From contig JBGAJM010000010.1 in the NCBI GenBank assembly GCA_044224925.1, positions 914-64,913 on the forward strand: a DNA stretch of 64,000 nt. Direction: 5' to 3'. The DNA is from Candidatus Kapaibacterium sp. Its GTDB lineage: Bacteria > Bacteroidota > Ignavibacteria > Kapaibacteriales > Kapaibacteriaceae. The stretch's first letter is position 1. Each line of letters opens with the position of its first letter. Under the pieces are notes generated by a model. That model saw only the letters and a program-made list of their open reading frames with translations. It made no database searches and was not told the origin of the DNA. Positions 20,688-30,214 of the stretch are shown in pieces. Made by a program: the position numbers and the translations under genes.

Positions 20688-22780
20688 TGGATATCACTCG
20701 TCTTGTTCGACAGATCTTCTTGGTTCATAAAGACTCGCTCAAACCACAGGACGAACTCTTCTATACCATCTTCGACATTCGCGATCAACAGGCGTTCGCG
20801 CGCATGGACAAGAGCGCTGGCGACGGTCGCTTGCAGTTCTGTCCAGTGCGGGCTCGTCGTCCGCAGGAACTCGTGAAGGCTTCGCTTTTCCATTGTGACG
20901 ACATCGTTCTCGATTCGCTGCAGGAGATCTTTCATTGAGACTGCAATGAGGTATTTCAAACGGTCATCACTGTCTGTTTCTTTTCCATCATCCTTGGCGT
21001 CGATCTTGCGAGCAAGAGAGATCATAGACGTCGATGATGCGCCGTACAGCATGTTCTTCAGTTTCGCCTTCTTATGTGAACCAAGGGCATCCGCAATTCT
21101 CTCTTCAATACTGGCGATACCTGCAAAGACGCCAGCAATTCTATCAAAGAGCGTCTCGTAGTGCTTCATGAGCTGATCTGTCATGGTGTCCACTGCATCG
21201 ATAAAATGACCCAGGACATTCATCCTTGACTCGATCAACTGTGCGCGACGTTCGGCAGACAGCGTTGACCAGAACTCGATGATCTGAGCGATCGTAAACG
21301 ACTCCACTAATGGCGCCTTGAGATACATATTATGTTCGCTGATGAGCACAGCGTACTCACGTCCCTGCGCTGTGAAGACCGTAACTTTCGATCGCGTAGC
21401 GAGCTGACGCTCAAGACGTTCTCTCGATTCTGTTGGGAGAACGTATTCCTCGTTGACTCTCGTAGGTCTCGTGGCTAGTTCCAGAATCACACCATCGGCA
21501 CCTCGAATGCCATATTCCTGCTCACCAAGACCGCCTTGCCAATTCAGGGTTGCTTTCCTCGATTCATGATCATACAGGATCGATGGGTATGCCCCGTTGA
21601 TCTCAAACGAGGGTAACTCCGATTCGAGAGCCTCTGCGTAACGTGTTGGCGGTTTCGTTCCGGTTTCGATCCACAAGATCGGTTTCCCTTCAAGGGAACT
21701 CTCAATGATCACCACGGCCTCGTAGTTCGGTCCCATCCACGCAGCCGATGTCAGATTCAACGAACCACATATCACGATCTCGCGCTTTGGCGCGGACACC
21801 GATAGAAACCGGTAGAGTTTTGCATGAACAAATCGCGATGGCGCTACTACGTCCTTGTGACGAGAACAGACACTTGAGCTGATGACTCCCCATTCCACAT
21901 TCTGAACATCAGCGACAGCATCCTTGATGTGCTCGCTGATCGTGATCTCACCGTCCTTGCTCGTAGGGAGTGATATTCGGACGACTTTGGGTTTGTACTT
22001 CTTGAGCAGCGGTACAAGAACACTTGTTACTGCCTTGTCGTCTACATACGGGGAGATGATCTCAAGTGAGAAGCCCATCGATTCGCCCCTGAGCACAGAG
22101 GCGAGTGAATCATGCCAGCCCCCAGAGCCGTGCAACAATCGTGTGCGCAAGCGATCATTCTCCTTCTTCCGCAGGGTCGGCTGAGGGCCATCAGTCGGAA
22201 GATGCCGAAGGATCGTCTCTACAGCTGTTGCACGCATTCCATGGTGCACCATCGACTTCAGGCTTCGTAGAAAATCAGCAACATCATATGGAAGAGCAGC
22301 GTTAGCATTCACCTCGAACTCTTCGATATGTACAAACTCAAGATTCTCCCACCAACCAGCCCGGGTTAAATTAGCCGAGGCCGTGCCGAGAAGGATTACT
22401 GTTGTTGTACTATCGTCTTTGTCACGTTCACCAAGGATCACAAAGACCTTCGGATGAAACACGCCATTTGGAATGACCACCGGAATACGACCAACGTCCA
22501 ACTTCGCGCTCATGTCGCTCCCCTCCGTGAGAGCGCGCGGGTCATAGAATACGTCGATCTCCACATCAACGACGTTTCTGAGATGATCGTCAAGTTGAGC
22601 GATCCTTATACTCGGGTTCTGATGGTATGGGAGATCGAACAATGCAGAGACGACGTGATGCTCAAAGAAGCCCGGATCCAGGGTATAAGTAGTAAAGACC
22701 GCAGCTTTTAGCGTCATTCCTTGAAGCATCTCTTGCAGTCGCTCCGTGAGTGGAGAGGTCGAGGCAGCGGCCATGGTCAC
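20684..22780 (-). CDS. Phospholipase D-family nuclease with two HKD motifs plus a ~330-aa C-terminal helical region
   Basis: HKD motif 1 HPKVFVILGE...LLGTASANLT and HKD motif 2 FVHAKLYRF...ICGSLNLTSAAW. 4-nt ATGA overlaps with genes on both sides. Confidence 0.7.
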   Translation of the reverse strand: MTMAAASTSPLTERLQEMLQGMTLKAAVFTTYTLDPGFFEHHVVSALFDLPYHQNPSIRIAQLDDHLRNVVDVEIDVFYDPRALTEGSDMSAKLDVGRIPVVIPNGVFHPKVFVILGERDKDDSTTTVILLGTASANLTRAGWWENLEFVHIEEFEVNANAALPYDVADFLRSLKSMVHHGMRATAVETILRHLPTDGPQPTLRKKENDRLRTRLLHGSGGWHDSLASVLRGESMGFSLEIISPYVDDKAVTSVLVPLLKKYKPKVVRISLPTSKDGEITISEHIKDAVADVQNVEWGVISSSVCSRHKDVVAPSRFVHAKLYRFLSVSAPKREIVICGSLNLTSAAWMGPNYEAVVIIESSLEGKPILWIETGTKPPTRYAEALESELPSFEINGAYPSILYDHESRKATLNWQGGLGEQEYGIRGADGVILELATRPTRVNEEYVLPTESRERLERQLATRSKVTVFTAQGREYAVLISEHNMYLKAPLVESFTIAQIIEFWSTLSAERRAQLIESRMNVLGHFIDAVDTMTDQLMKHYETLFDRIAGVFAGIASIEERIADALGSHKKAKLKNMLYGASSTSMISLARKIDAKDDGKETDSDDRLKYLIAVSMKDLLQRIENDVVTMEKRSLHEFLRTTSPHWTELQATVASALVHARERLLIANVEDGIEEFVLWFERVFMNQEDLSNKTSDIQ

Positions 22781-24117
22781 CCTACTCCTACATCGTTCAT
22801 AAGTCTATGCAGGGTTGGCACGAAGTACGTATACCGTGGGTTGACCTCCAGTCCCTTGATGCCTTCCAAGGAGCCCTGCTCGCTTGCGAGTTTCACGCTC
22901 ATCTTCTTGTTGACGATCTCGATCCACGCTCCCACCGAACGTCTTGTGCTCATCACGAATTGATTCAGCTCAATGACCTTCTCAACCAGCGTATCGTATT
23001 CACCTGCGTGAAGAAGGCCGGCTAAGGTTGACCAGCGTTGTTCAATCGCCTGATCATTCACTCCGACTCGGTTAAGCGCTGCTATAAATGCCGCCTGGTT
23101 GACATTGGCTCGTGGCCCCCACTCTCTTGAAAGGTTACCGGCGACGGCCGATAGAGATACACGATCTTGCGACTGCAAATAGAGAAAGAGTAGAGTGAGT
23201 GGTCCGAGAACTCTCTCGACAGTCACCAGATCATGAATGGATTGCGCGAGGTGTCGATGCTGCGGGTCCTTCTCGGCTCTCCGAGCCAATCGGTCGAGTG
23301 CGTGCGGCCCATACGTTACAAGAATCTCCTCGTTCTTCGCGATCAGATCAACAAAACTCGACTGTCGTCCATGTGTGAGATCAACATCTTCGGATCCGCC
23401 ACGAACAATGTTCGACGCGTAGAATGAACGTTCTACTGCCAACGCCTTTGGTCTGAGAATTGACGCGATCGTCTTTGATAACGTTGAGTCGATACTCAGT
23501 TGCCTGCCGTCCGAAAGAAGAAATCGTTCGAGTTCTCGTTGCGTCTGTTGATCAGGCCACAACTTTGGAAGGTACAGACGTTGCACCATCTCGGCACTCT
23601 CTCGAGTAAGACTGTCGTTGTTCACCCCATCGACGAGTCCGGAAGACCGAAGGGGCGATCGGTACAAACCCCAGATACCGTACACCTTCTGATTCCCGAG
23701 GATCTGCCAATCGCGCTGTGCAGATATCGTGACCTTCCTGGTGCCGTCAAGTCGCCTCTTCACCTGCTCAATGCCACGAAATCCCTGGTCGCCTGAATGG
23801 GAATATCTGGAGTATGCGCACAGTTGCTCCCATCGTAGGAATGCGTCCGAGATGGCGATCGGCTCATTACTCTTGTGACGAATCCAGTCGGCTAGATGGA
23901 GACCTGTAAGACAGATCGTAAAATCTCTCAGCAGCGTACTGACCGTTGTAAGATTGTGGATCAGTTGCCGCCCGGCAGCGATCCAGATCACCTGAGCACC
24001 AAGTGGGTCCACGGATCCCTTGATGGCAGCGTTAGGATCGATCGAAGTGAAGAAGGATGTTCGTTGTTGCATAGGATGAGATCGTCGGGCATGTCTTCGA
24101 TAGATGGCGTTGCGCAA
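22777..24117 (-). CDS. hypothetical protein (446 aa), first gene of the PLD-SNF2 operon
   Basis: Long ORF of coding-like composition whose stop overlaps the PLD start by 4 nt. I recognise no domain. Confidence 0.5.
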   Translation of the reverse strand: MRNAIYRRHARRSHPMQQRTSFFTSIDPNAAIKGSVDPLGAQVIWIAAGRQLIHNLTTVSTLLRDFTICLTGLHLADWIRHKSNEPIAISDAFLRWEQLCAYSRYSHSGDQGFRGIEQVKRRLDGTRKVTISAQRDWQILGNQKVYGIWGLYRSPLRSSGLVDGVNNDSLTRESAEMVQRLYLPKLWPDQQTQRELERFLLSDGRQLSIDSTLSKTIASILRPKALAVERSFYASNIVRGGSEDVDLTHGRQSSFVDLIAKNEEILVTYGPHALDRLARRAEKDPQHRHLAQSIHDLVTVERVLGPLTLLFLYLQSQDRVSLSAVAGNLSREWGPRANVNQAAFIAALNRVGVNDQAIEQRWSTLAGLLHAGEYDTLVEKVIELNQFVMSTRRSVGAWIEIVNKKMSVKLASEQGSLEGIKGLEVNPRYTYFVPTLHRLMNDVGVG

Positions 24118-24141
24118 GATAGGTGTGTCGCAGCAGCACGG

Positions 24142-24594
24142 TCAAGAGCTTGTTTCCACGTCCCTGTACACTCCTATCACCTTTTTAAGTACCGACCAAT
24201 CCTCATCCGTCGGATAGAAGATGCCCGCTGCGCCCTTTGCCTTGATCTCGTCGTCGAACATCCGCGGGTTCTCGAGTCGGATGCCGTATTGGTCGGTCTC
24301 TCCGTCTTCGCCGGGCCATTCATCGACGTCGACGACGTCCACGATACCGACGTACGCTCCCAACGGCAGAGATCGGATGAGCTCCTCCGATGAACCAACT
24401 TGAAAGTACATCTGCAGGAGGTGGTCCATTGTTGCCGTTGCTGAGGCATGAATGAGCAAAGGACCTCGGTACTTCATGTTCCAGGAACGGAACTCGACAT
24501 CCTTGATCCCACAGATGATCATCGTCGCCCATGGCTGTCGCACACTGAGTGCCGGATACTTGCCCTCGTTGTTGGATCGTTGCTTCGTTGCCAT
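24142..24594 (-). CDS. ASCH domain protein
   Basis: From the internal start MATKQRSNNEGKYPALSVRQPWATMIICGIKDVEFRSW; the SVRQPWA motif is the ASCH signature. The ORF track extends to 24654. Confidence 0.55.
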   Translation of the reverse strand: MATKQRSNNEGKYPALSVRQPWATMIICGIKDVEFRSWNMKYRGPLLIHASATATMDHLLQMYFQVGSSEELIRSLPLGAYVGIVDVVDVDEWPGEDGETDQYGIRLENPRMFDDEIKAKGAAGIFYPTDEDWSVLKKVIGVYRDVETSS

Positions 24595-24686
24595 CGCAGC
24601 ACCTGTCATCAGTGTTCCATGTTGCGTTCGAAGCGAACCTACGGGTGTGCGCACTGCGACTCCATGACTTTGATCATGCGTTGTCG

Positions 24687-25328
24687 TTACTTGAGCATGG
24701 ACCCCGCCGTCTCGATCTTGTTCGTGAGACAGCGCAACTCTTCCTTGCTGTTGGCAATGAATATGTAGATGTAGCTATTCTCGGCCAATGTGATGGTGAG
24801 GTTCGGACCGTTGACCGTGCGATTGAAGGCCATGCGCAGGGTCTCTGAGTACGAGATGATGGAGTCCGAGACCACACGCTCCTGATCCTGCGGGACCGAG
24901 ACGAACTCCCAGAACTCGGCCTTGTCGGATCCGATCTGGTTGTCCCATTCCGCGAGCATCTTCTGCAGACCGCGCACGACGACGGGAACCTGGTCCTTCC
25001 GGATCACGGCCCCTTGATTCACGTTCACATTGGGCATGTCCGACGCAGAGAGCTGCGGATGGATGAGCGGCGCCAACAAGATGTACGAGTAGGACTGACC
25101 GCCTTCGACCTGATCGTGCGCCGCGATCACTCCGAGCTCGCTACTCCCTCGCGCATCGTTCTCGTCGCAGGCAACCACGGTCATTTGCGTTGAGACCTGC
25201 GTGACCGTTCGCGGCTTGAACGCATTGGAGTGATATGGTAGGATGTCGGCATGTCGACATCCGATCGTGACCACGAGCATCGTGCACGTGATGCACATGC
25301 CCGCCAAGAACCTGGAACCCTTTCGCAT
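24687..25328 (-). CDS. hypothetical lipoprotein
   Basis: Internal start MRKGSRFLAGMCITCTMLVVTIGC, a lipobox-like signal. The ORF track extends to 25376. Confidence 0.45.
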   Translation of the reverse strand: MRKGSRFLAGMCITCTMLVVTIGCRHADILPYHSNAFKPRTVTQVSTQMTVVACDENDARGSSELGVIAAHDQVEGGQSYSYILLAPLIHPQLSASDMPNVNVNQGAVIRKDQVPVVVRGLQKMLAEWDNQIGSDKAEFWEFVSVPQDQERVVSDSIISYSETLRMAFNRTVNGPNLTITLAENSYIYIFIANSKEELRCLTNKIETAGSMLK

Positions 25329-25375
25329 AACCCCCTCATGTGTGTGTTGCTGTTGGGCGGCAAATGTAGTGGGCA

Positions 25376-26416
25376 TTGACGACGCCCGACGTCGTCGGTT
25401 CGGGGAACTTTGCCATATTCATCGCCTATACATCTATTCAACGTGAGGTAGAAGTGTCTCGACCGATCTATCGTGCTGCCAAGATCATTGCATTGTTGTC
25501 GACCGGATATCGGTGCACCACCGAAGAGATCCTCCAACACCTTGCCGATGCCGATGCGTCGTTGCGGACACTGTCGCTGCGGACGGTGCAGCGCGACCTG
25601 GCCGATATCATGGAGGCGGGGATCCCCATCGTGACCACACAGCATGGCACGGCGCGACGGTATCATCTTGCCCGTGCCGCCTCGCTGCCTTCCATGTCGG
25701 CCTCCATGCAGAGTCCGCTCCTCGCCATGCACATGCTCAAGGCCGCACTGCCGCAGTTCACGGCGCTGGATGTTGGCGATGCGATCGCAGAGCTGGTGAC
25801 GAGGCTCGATGCGGCCGCACCGGAAGAGGTGATCTCGAACGACCTGGTGGCCAGTATCAACGTGGGTGAGTATCGCGGCGTGCCGATGCTGCGACGGGAA
25901 AGTCTCGATGCCATCATCCGCGCCATCGTCGACAAGCAGTGGCTGCGCGTGACGTATCGTCAGAGCGACAACGTCTTCCAGGCATTCCCGTATCGGATCA
26001 TTCCCTACCTCGGCCGACTCTACCTTGCGGCCTGGAATGCCCGTCACGAGCAGTTCTTCTCGATGGCGCTGGATCGTGTGGTCGACGTGGAAGCGATCTC
26101 CTCCACCGATGTGGCGCCGCCCTTTTCGGTGGATGCCTTCATGGCGAATCGCTTCGGTATGTGGTCGGACCCGCGCGTGCACGATGTGGTGGTGCATGTG
26201 AGCGCCGAGGCCTATGCCGACATTGCCACGCGCATGTGGCATCCCACGCAACAACTCACGGACCTCGGCGACGGTCGCCTCGAGATCCGCATGCGCACGG
26301 GGATCAGTCATGAGCTCGTCTCTTGGGTCCTGCATTGGACGCCGTATATCGAGGTCGTGGAGCCGGAGGTGTTGAGGGACGAGGTGGAGGCGAGGAAGAA
26401 CTTCGTGCGACACTAA
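25376..26416 (+). CDS. WYL-domain transcriptional regulator (HTH + WYL + C-terminal extension)
   Basis: N-terminal HTH-like region (RPIYRAAKIIALLSTGYRCTTEEIL), central WYL-like segment (FQAFPYRIIPYLGRLYLAAWNARHEQFF), C-terminal WCX-like end. The true start may be the GTG near 25452. The last codons lie inside the 12-nt repeat. Confidence 0.65.
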   Translation: MTTPDVVGSGNFAIFIAYTSIQREVEVSRPIYRAAKIIALLSTGYRCTTEEILQHLADADASLRTLSLRTVQRDLADIMEAGIPIVTTQHGTARRYHLARAASLPSMSASMQSPLLAMHMLKAALPQFTALDVGDAIAELVTRLDAAAPEEVISNDLVASINVGEYRGVPMLRRESLDAIIRAIVDKQWLRVTYRQSDNVFQAFPYRIIPYLGRLYLAAWNARHEQFFSMALDRVVDVEAISSTDVAPPFSVDAFMANRFGMWSDPRVHDVVVHVSAEAYADIATRMWHPTQQLTDLGDGRLEIRMRTGISHELVSWVLHWTPYIEVVEPEVLRDEVEARKNFVRH

Positions 26417-26486
26417 GGCGTGCGACACGGAGTGCGACACGGAGTGGGACACTAGCGTGGGACACTTCGTGGGACACTGCGTGCGC
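26405..26486. repeat. tandem 12-nt repeat (GTGCGACACGGA-like, 6 degenerate units) in the convergent intergenic region between the WYL and AbiEii genes
   Basis: gtgcgacactaaggcgtgcgacacggagtgcgacacggagtgggacactagcgtgggacacttcgtgggacactgcgtgcgcc. Confidence 0.8.
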
Positions 26487-26490
26487 CAAG

Positions 26491-27579
26491 CTACCCCTGC
26501 ATCAACGCTTCCACGAGTGCCACTGCCTCTTGTTTAACGGACTTCGGTAGACCTCTGCAGATGGTCTTGATGCGCTCGCTACCAAGCTCTGACTCTTTGA
26601 TGTCTTTGAATACTGTGATCGGCGTATCACCATTGAGAAGACACTGGCCGACGTGGGCGGCACGCAGTGCGGCCATCTTGACCTCTGCAGCGTCAAAACG
26701 ACGCCTGTCGATGATGTAGTTGCTCAGACTTCTGTGGCCACCTGCGTGAGCTTGCTGAAGATCAGGATGATATTCTCGATCCAATTGGCCGAACAACGCC
26801 AACGCCCTATCGGTCAAATCCATGACCACCTCTTCGTTGGTAAAGGTCTGACCAAAGACGTCGCTCTGCACTTCAAGCGTGCGTTCAAACGCAGTGCGAA
26901 CGACACTCCAGTCATTCGCCAGTGAGATCAAAATATTCACATCATACAATTGCTTGATCATTTGTTGGTGCTTCTGTACGGTCCTGTCCGTCCCCGATAA
27001 TGTGCTCGAATGAATTGGTACCCCAACCGTCAATGGTGCACATGCCGTGAGCTTATCTCCAAGCAGTCCCTCAAGCGTAGGAGTGACGATCACAGTCGGT
27101 TCGTCTTCATTGCTGAGCGCCACGTGTTTCAACTCTCGCTTCTCAGTACAAGGGTTTAGAATGCCGGTTCTCACAACGTCCAAAATCACGCTCGAATTGT
27201 TGCCAATTGTATCATCTGGATTCAGGTAGTTGATTCTATAGTGATGCGATCCTTCGGTGCTTCTGCGCCGGATCTGTTGTTCCACGCCCACGAATGGAGT
27301 ACGCTCGGACACAATGCTCTGGATAACATCTTCAACATCCTTTGTCGAGGTGTTCGAGTGCACTTCAATGTCGACATCGATGGAAAGTCTGTCCAGACGA
27401 TCCACGATGAGAGACAGGCATGTCCCACCCTTGAACGTGAATTGAAGTCCATGATTGGCAAGTTGCTCAACCAGGTACAGGGCATGAACCATCGTGTACA
27501 ACAGCTGTTTGTCCCGGATCTTCAATTGTCGCGCTATAGTGTCGCAATGTTCCCTCGTGAGGCACTCCTTACGGATCAT
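26491..27579 (-). CDS. AbiEii/AbiGii-family nucleotidyltransferase toxin (DUF1814)
   Basis: Region LQFTFKGGTCLSLIVDRLDRLSIDVDIEV matches the AbiEii NTase core. Start chosen at internal MIRKECL (27579), overlapping the AbiEi stop. The ORF track extends to 27771. Confidence 0.6.
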   Translation of the reverse strand: MIRKECLTREHCDTIARQLKIRDKQLLYTMVHALYLVEQLANHGLQFTFKGGTCLSLIVDRLDRLSIDVDIEVHSNTSTKDVEDVIQSIVSERTPFVGVEQQIRRRSTEGSHHYRINYLNPDDTIGNNSSVILDVVRTGILNPCTEKRELKHVALSNEDEPTVIVTPTLEGLLGDKLTACAPLTVGVPIHSSTLSGTDRTVQKHQQMIKQLYDVNILISLANDWSVVRTAFERTLEVQSDVFGQTFTNEEVVMDLTDRALALFGQLDREYHPDLQQAHAGGHRSLSNYIIDRRRFDAAEVKMAALRAAHVGQCLLNGDTPITVFKDIKESELGSERIKTICRGLPKSVKQEAVALVEALMQG

Positions 27580-28273
27580 GCAACACCTCCCGTGGTGCAA
27601 CGGCAAGCCACTCAAGGTACGATAGCAACTTGTCGAGGACATTCCTGCGTCGTGCATATGCGCGTAGAACACGTATGTCTGTCGTGTAATCCGTGAATGC
27701 AAGTCTGCACAAATGTTCAAGGTCGGTCGGTGCAATGCCTGCCAGAACCTGTCCGTCAACAAACAGATCAACGATGATCTTCTCGAGCGATGGAGTCCCT
27801 TTTACCTTGTTGATGATCGGCGCCTTCGTGATCAACCTCCGAACCATTACGTCGAAGTTCGAAAACCCAACGTGATTCACTGCCCACTTCGTGTCTGTTT
27901 CAAGGATCACATCTCGAAACCGTTCGGATCGAAGTCGTTCGAACACCATCCCTTGACTATATCGATCGACTTCTACGATCGTAAGACGACGCATGCGCTG
28001 ATGAATGAACAATGGGTTCAAGGCTGTCAAGGACCAGATGCAGTAGTCATCAACGAGGGTTCGGATCACTTGCGCGAGCTCAATCTCCCTGGAAGTTTGA
28101 GGGAGCTCGAACAGGCGTTCAGCGCCGGTTCTGCACCACGTCCGCGAAACGGGCACGAACAGTCCCTTGGTCCGCAATTGGTTCACGCGCCACCGACCCA
28201 CACCGGAACTCGGAGTCGTTCCATAGCGGTCTAGGACCTCAACTCGTTTGATATACGTCGGGATGTTTTCCAT
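27569..28273 (-). CDS. AbiEi-family antitoxin (type IV TA, transcriptional regulator)
   Basis: 234 aa immediately upstream of and overlapping the AbiEii-like gene. Size and position fit AbiEi; the sequence match is weaker than for the toxin. Confidence 0.45.
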   Translation of the reverse strand: MENIPTYIKRVEVLDRYGTTPSSGVGRWRVNQLRTKGLFVPVSRTWCRTGAERLFELPQTSREIELAQVIRTLVDDYCIWSLTALNPLFIHQRMRRLTIVEVDRYSQGMVFERLRSERFRDVILETDTKWAVNHVGFSNFDVMVRRLITKAPIINKVKGTPSLEKIIVDLFVDGQVLAGIAPTDLEHLCRLAFTDYTTDIRVLRAYARRRNVLDKLLSYLEWLAVAPREVLHDP

Positions 28274-28489
28274 GGATGCAGTTCATTCAACTTGTCATTA
28301 CATGTTGAATATACTACAGTTACGTGGAAATTTGCAAAACAAACACGGGACAATTATAGGCATCTAGTGTCCGATGTTAGGACGTGGACGTCGCTCTTTT
28401 CGACGAGAAAGCCGCGTTCGGATTCTCCCGAACTCTCCATGTTCCTAAATTGTCGGTCGGCACTTCTCCCACCATTGGATCAACGAACC

Positions 28490-29149
28490 ATGTCCGTCCG
28501 CATCAACCAGATCGCCCCGAACTTCACGGCTGAGACCACGCAAGGCCCGATCAACTTCCACGATTGGATCGGTGATGGGTATGCTGTGCTGTTCTCACAC
28601 CCGAAGGATTTCACGCCGGTGTGCACCACAGAGTTGGGCACCGTGGCCAAGATGCTACCTGATTTTGCCAAGCGCAATACAAAGGTCATCGGGTTGAGCG
28701 TTGACCCGGTTGCAAAGCATCTTGAATGGGAGAAGGATATTGAAGAGACGCAAGGGGCACCGGTGACGTTTCCGATGATCGCCGATACGGACCTTTCGGT
28801 ATCAAAGCTGTACGACATGCTTCCCGAAGACGAAGGTGATTCGCATGAAGGCCGTACGGCGGTGAACAATCAAACCGTACGCACGGTGTTCATCGTTGGC
28901 CCCGACAAGAAAGTGAAGCTCACCCTTTCCTATCCCATGACGTCAGGCCGAAATTTTGACGAGATCCTTCGCGTCCTCGACTCGATCCAACTCACGGCCA
29001 ACCATAAAGTGGCGACGCCCGCCAATTGGAAGAACGGCGAGGATGTGATCATCGTCACCTCTGTTTCCGATGAAGAAGCCCATGCAAAGTACCCGGACGG
29101 ATTCACGACGGTGAAGCCGTATTTGCGGGTGGTGAAGCAGCCGAAGTAA
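28490..29149 (+). CDS. 1-Cys peroxiredoxin (Prx6-type)
   Basis: MSVRINQIAPNFTAETTQGPINFHDWIGDGYAVLFSHPKDFTPVCTTELG with the peroxidatic Cys in the FTPVCTTE motif. The ORF track starts at 28292 but the true ATG is at 28490, after an AT-rich promoter region. Confidence 0.85.
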   Translation: MSVRINQIAPNFTAETTQGPINFHDWIGDGYAVLFSHPKDFTPVCTTELGTVAKMLPDFAKRNTKVIGLSVDPVAKHLEWEKDIEETQGAPVTFPMIADTDLSVSKLYDMLPEDEGDSHEGRTAVNNQTVRTVFIVGPDKKVKLTLSYPMTSGRNFDEILRVLDSIQLTANHKVATPANWKNGEDVIIVTSVSDEEAHAKYPDGFTTVKPYLRVVKQPK

Positions 29150-29162
29150 GAACGCCTTCGGC

Positions 29163-29333
29163 GTGCGACACGGAGTGCGACACGGAGTGCGACACTTGCG
29201 TGCGACACGGAGTGCGACACGGAGTGCGACACGGAGTGGGACACGGAGTGCGACACGGAGTGCGACACGGAGTGCGACACGGAGTGCGACACTAGAGTGC
29301 GACACGGAGTGTGACACTAGCGTGGGACACCTC
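29163..29333. repeat. intergenic tandem array of about 14 copies of the 12-nt unit GTGCGACACGGA (same unit that encodes S-H-S-V inside the cyclase genes)
   Basis: Head-to-tail repeats gtgcgacacggagtgcgacacgga... with a few variant units (ctagag, ggagtgg). No spacers, so not CRISPR. Confidence 0.9.
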
Positions 29334-29398
29334 TTGGGAAAGACGTTTACGAGGCTTTCGCGTATGTTAACGGGAACGCTGAACGGTGCACAGAGCCT

Positions 29399-30103
29399 AT
29401 GGATATCATCAAACGATCAGTAGCCAACAATGCGGCGTGGGTGGACATGGTGATGACGTCGCTGGGAATGCCGGGGGAGTTCACGCCGGTTCTCTGGCAG
29501 AATCTCCATGACATGCCGCCGATCTTCCCGAATGCCGATACACTGGACGGCACGGAGACGGAACAGCTTCAGGCGATTGCAGCTCTTGCACAACGTCGCA
29601 AGAACAAGGCCGTAGCCATCAAGGATGCATGGGCACGATTGGACCTGCACGCATTGGGATTTACGCCACTGTTTGAGGCGCAGTGGCTCGCTCGAAATGC
29701 AGACCCTATGCCCATGCCCATGATCTCAGACATCTCTATCGAGCGCATCAATACCATTGATGCTCTGCGCGAGTTCGCCGTGGCCTGCAATGGCGAGGAT
29801 CTGGCCTATGTCTATTCCGCGGACCTCCTGCGACCTGAGATCGCCTGGATAGCAGCACGAGTAGACGGGAACATTGTCGGTGGTGTAACAGCGGTCAACG
29901 CCATTGGGGTGAACGGCATCAATAATCTCTTTGCATCAGATGGAGCAACGGAACGAGCCCTGATTCAGGCTGCCGTGAACGCCTTCCCAGCCTTGCCTGC
30001 TTGTGGCTATGAGCGCATCGAGGCGACCGCACCTTACTTGGAGGTAGGATTCTCAGTCATGGGCAACCTCAGGGTGTGGGTCAAGCCACCGTCTACTGTC
30101 TGA
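29399..30103 (+). CDS. hypothetical protein (234 aa), possibly acyltransferase-like
   Basis: ORF of coding composition; no motif confidently recognised. Confidence 0.4.
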   Translation: MDIIKRSVANNAAWVDMVMTSLGMPGEFTPVLWQNLHDMPPIFPNADTLDGTETEQLQAIAALAQRRKNKAVAIKDAWARLDLHALGFTPLFEAQWLARNADPMPMPMISDISIERINTIDALREFAVACNGEDLAYVYSADLLRPEIAWIAARVDGNIVGGVTAVNAIGVNGINNLFASDGATERALIQAAVNAFPALPACGYERIEATAPYLEVGFSVMGNLRVWVKPPSTV

Positions 30104-30214
30104 TCATCGTTCGCCCATGCGCTACCGTCAACCCGGATCCGTATCAGCACGACAAGCGCCTGCCTGTCCAACGCTCAGCCACACAGACTCTCGGCATCGA
30201 CTCTTCAAATGCGT

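Noticed and set aside
25181-26452. 423-aa ORF on the minus strand antisense to the WYL regulator gene
   Set aside because: Arg/His/Gly-rich composition typical of a spurious antisense frame in GC-rich DNA. The plus-strand WYL gene has clear motifs.
28930-29317. ORFs translating the 12-mer array as MSHSVSHSVSH... or RVALRVALRVAL...
   Set aside because: Pure translation of an intergenic tandem repeat with no start context. It overlaps the peroxiredoxin gene antisense.
29163-29333. Possible CRISPR array
   Set aside because: Units are contiguous 12-mers with no unique spacers, and there are no cas genes. This is a simple tandem repeat, not CRISPR. The same applies to the 9-mer arrays at 56640 and 62789.
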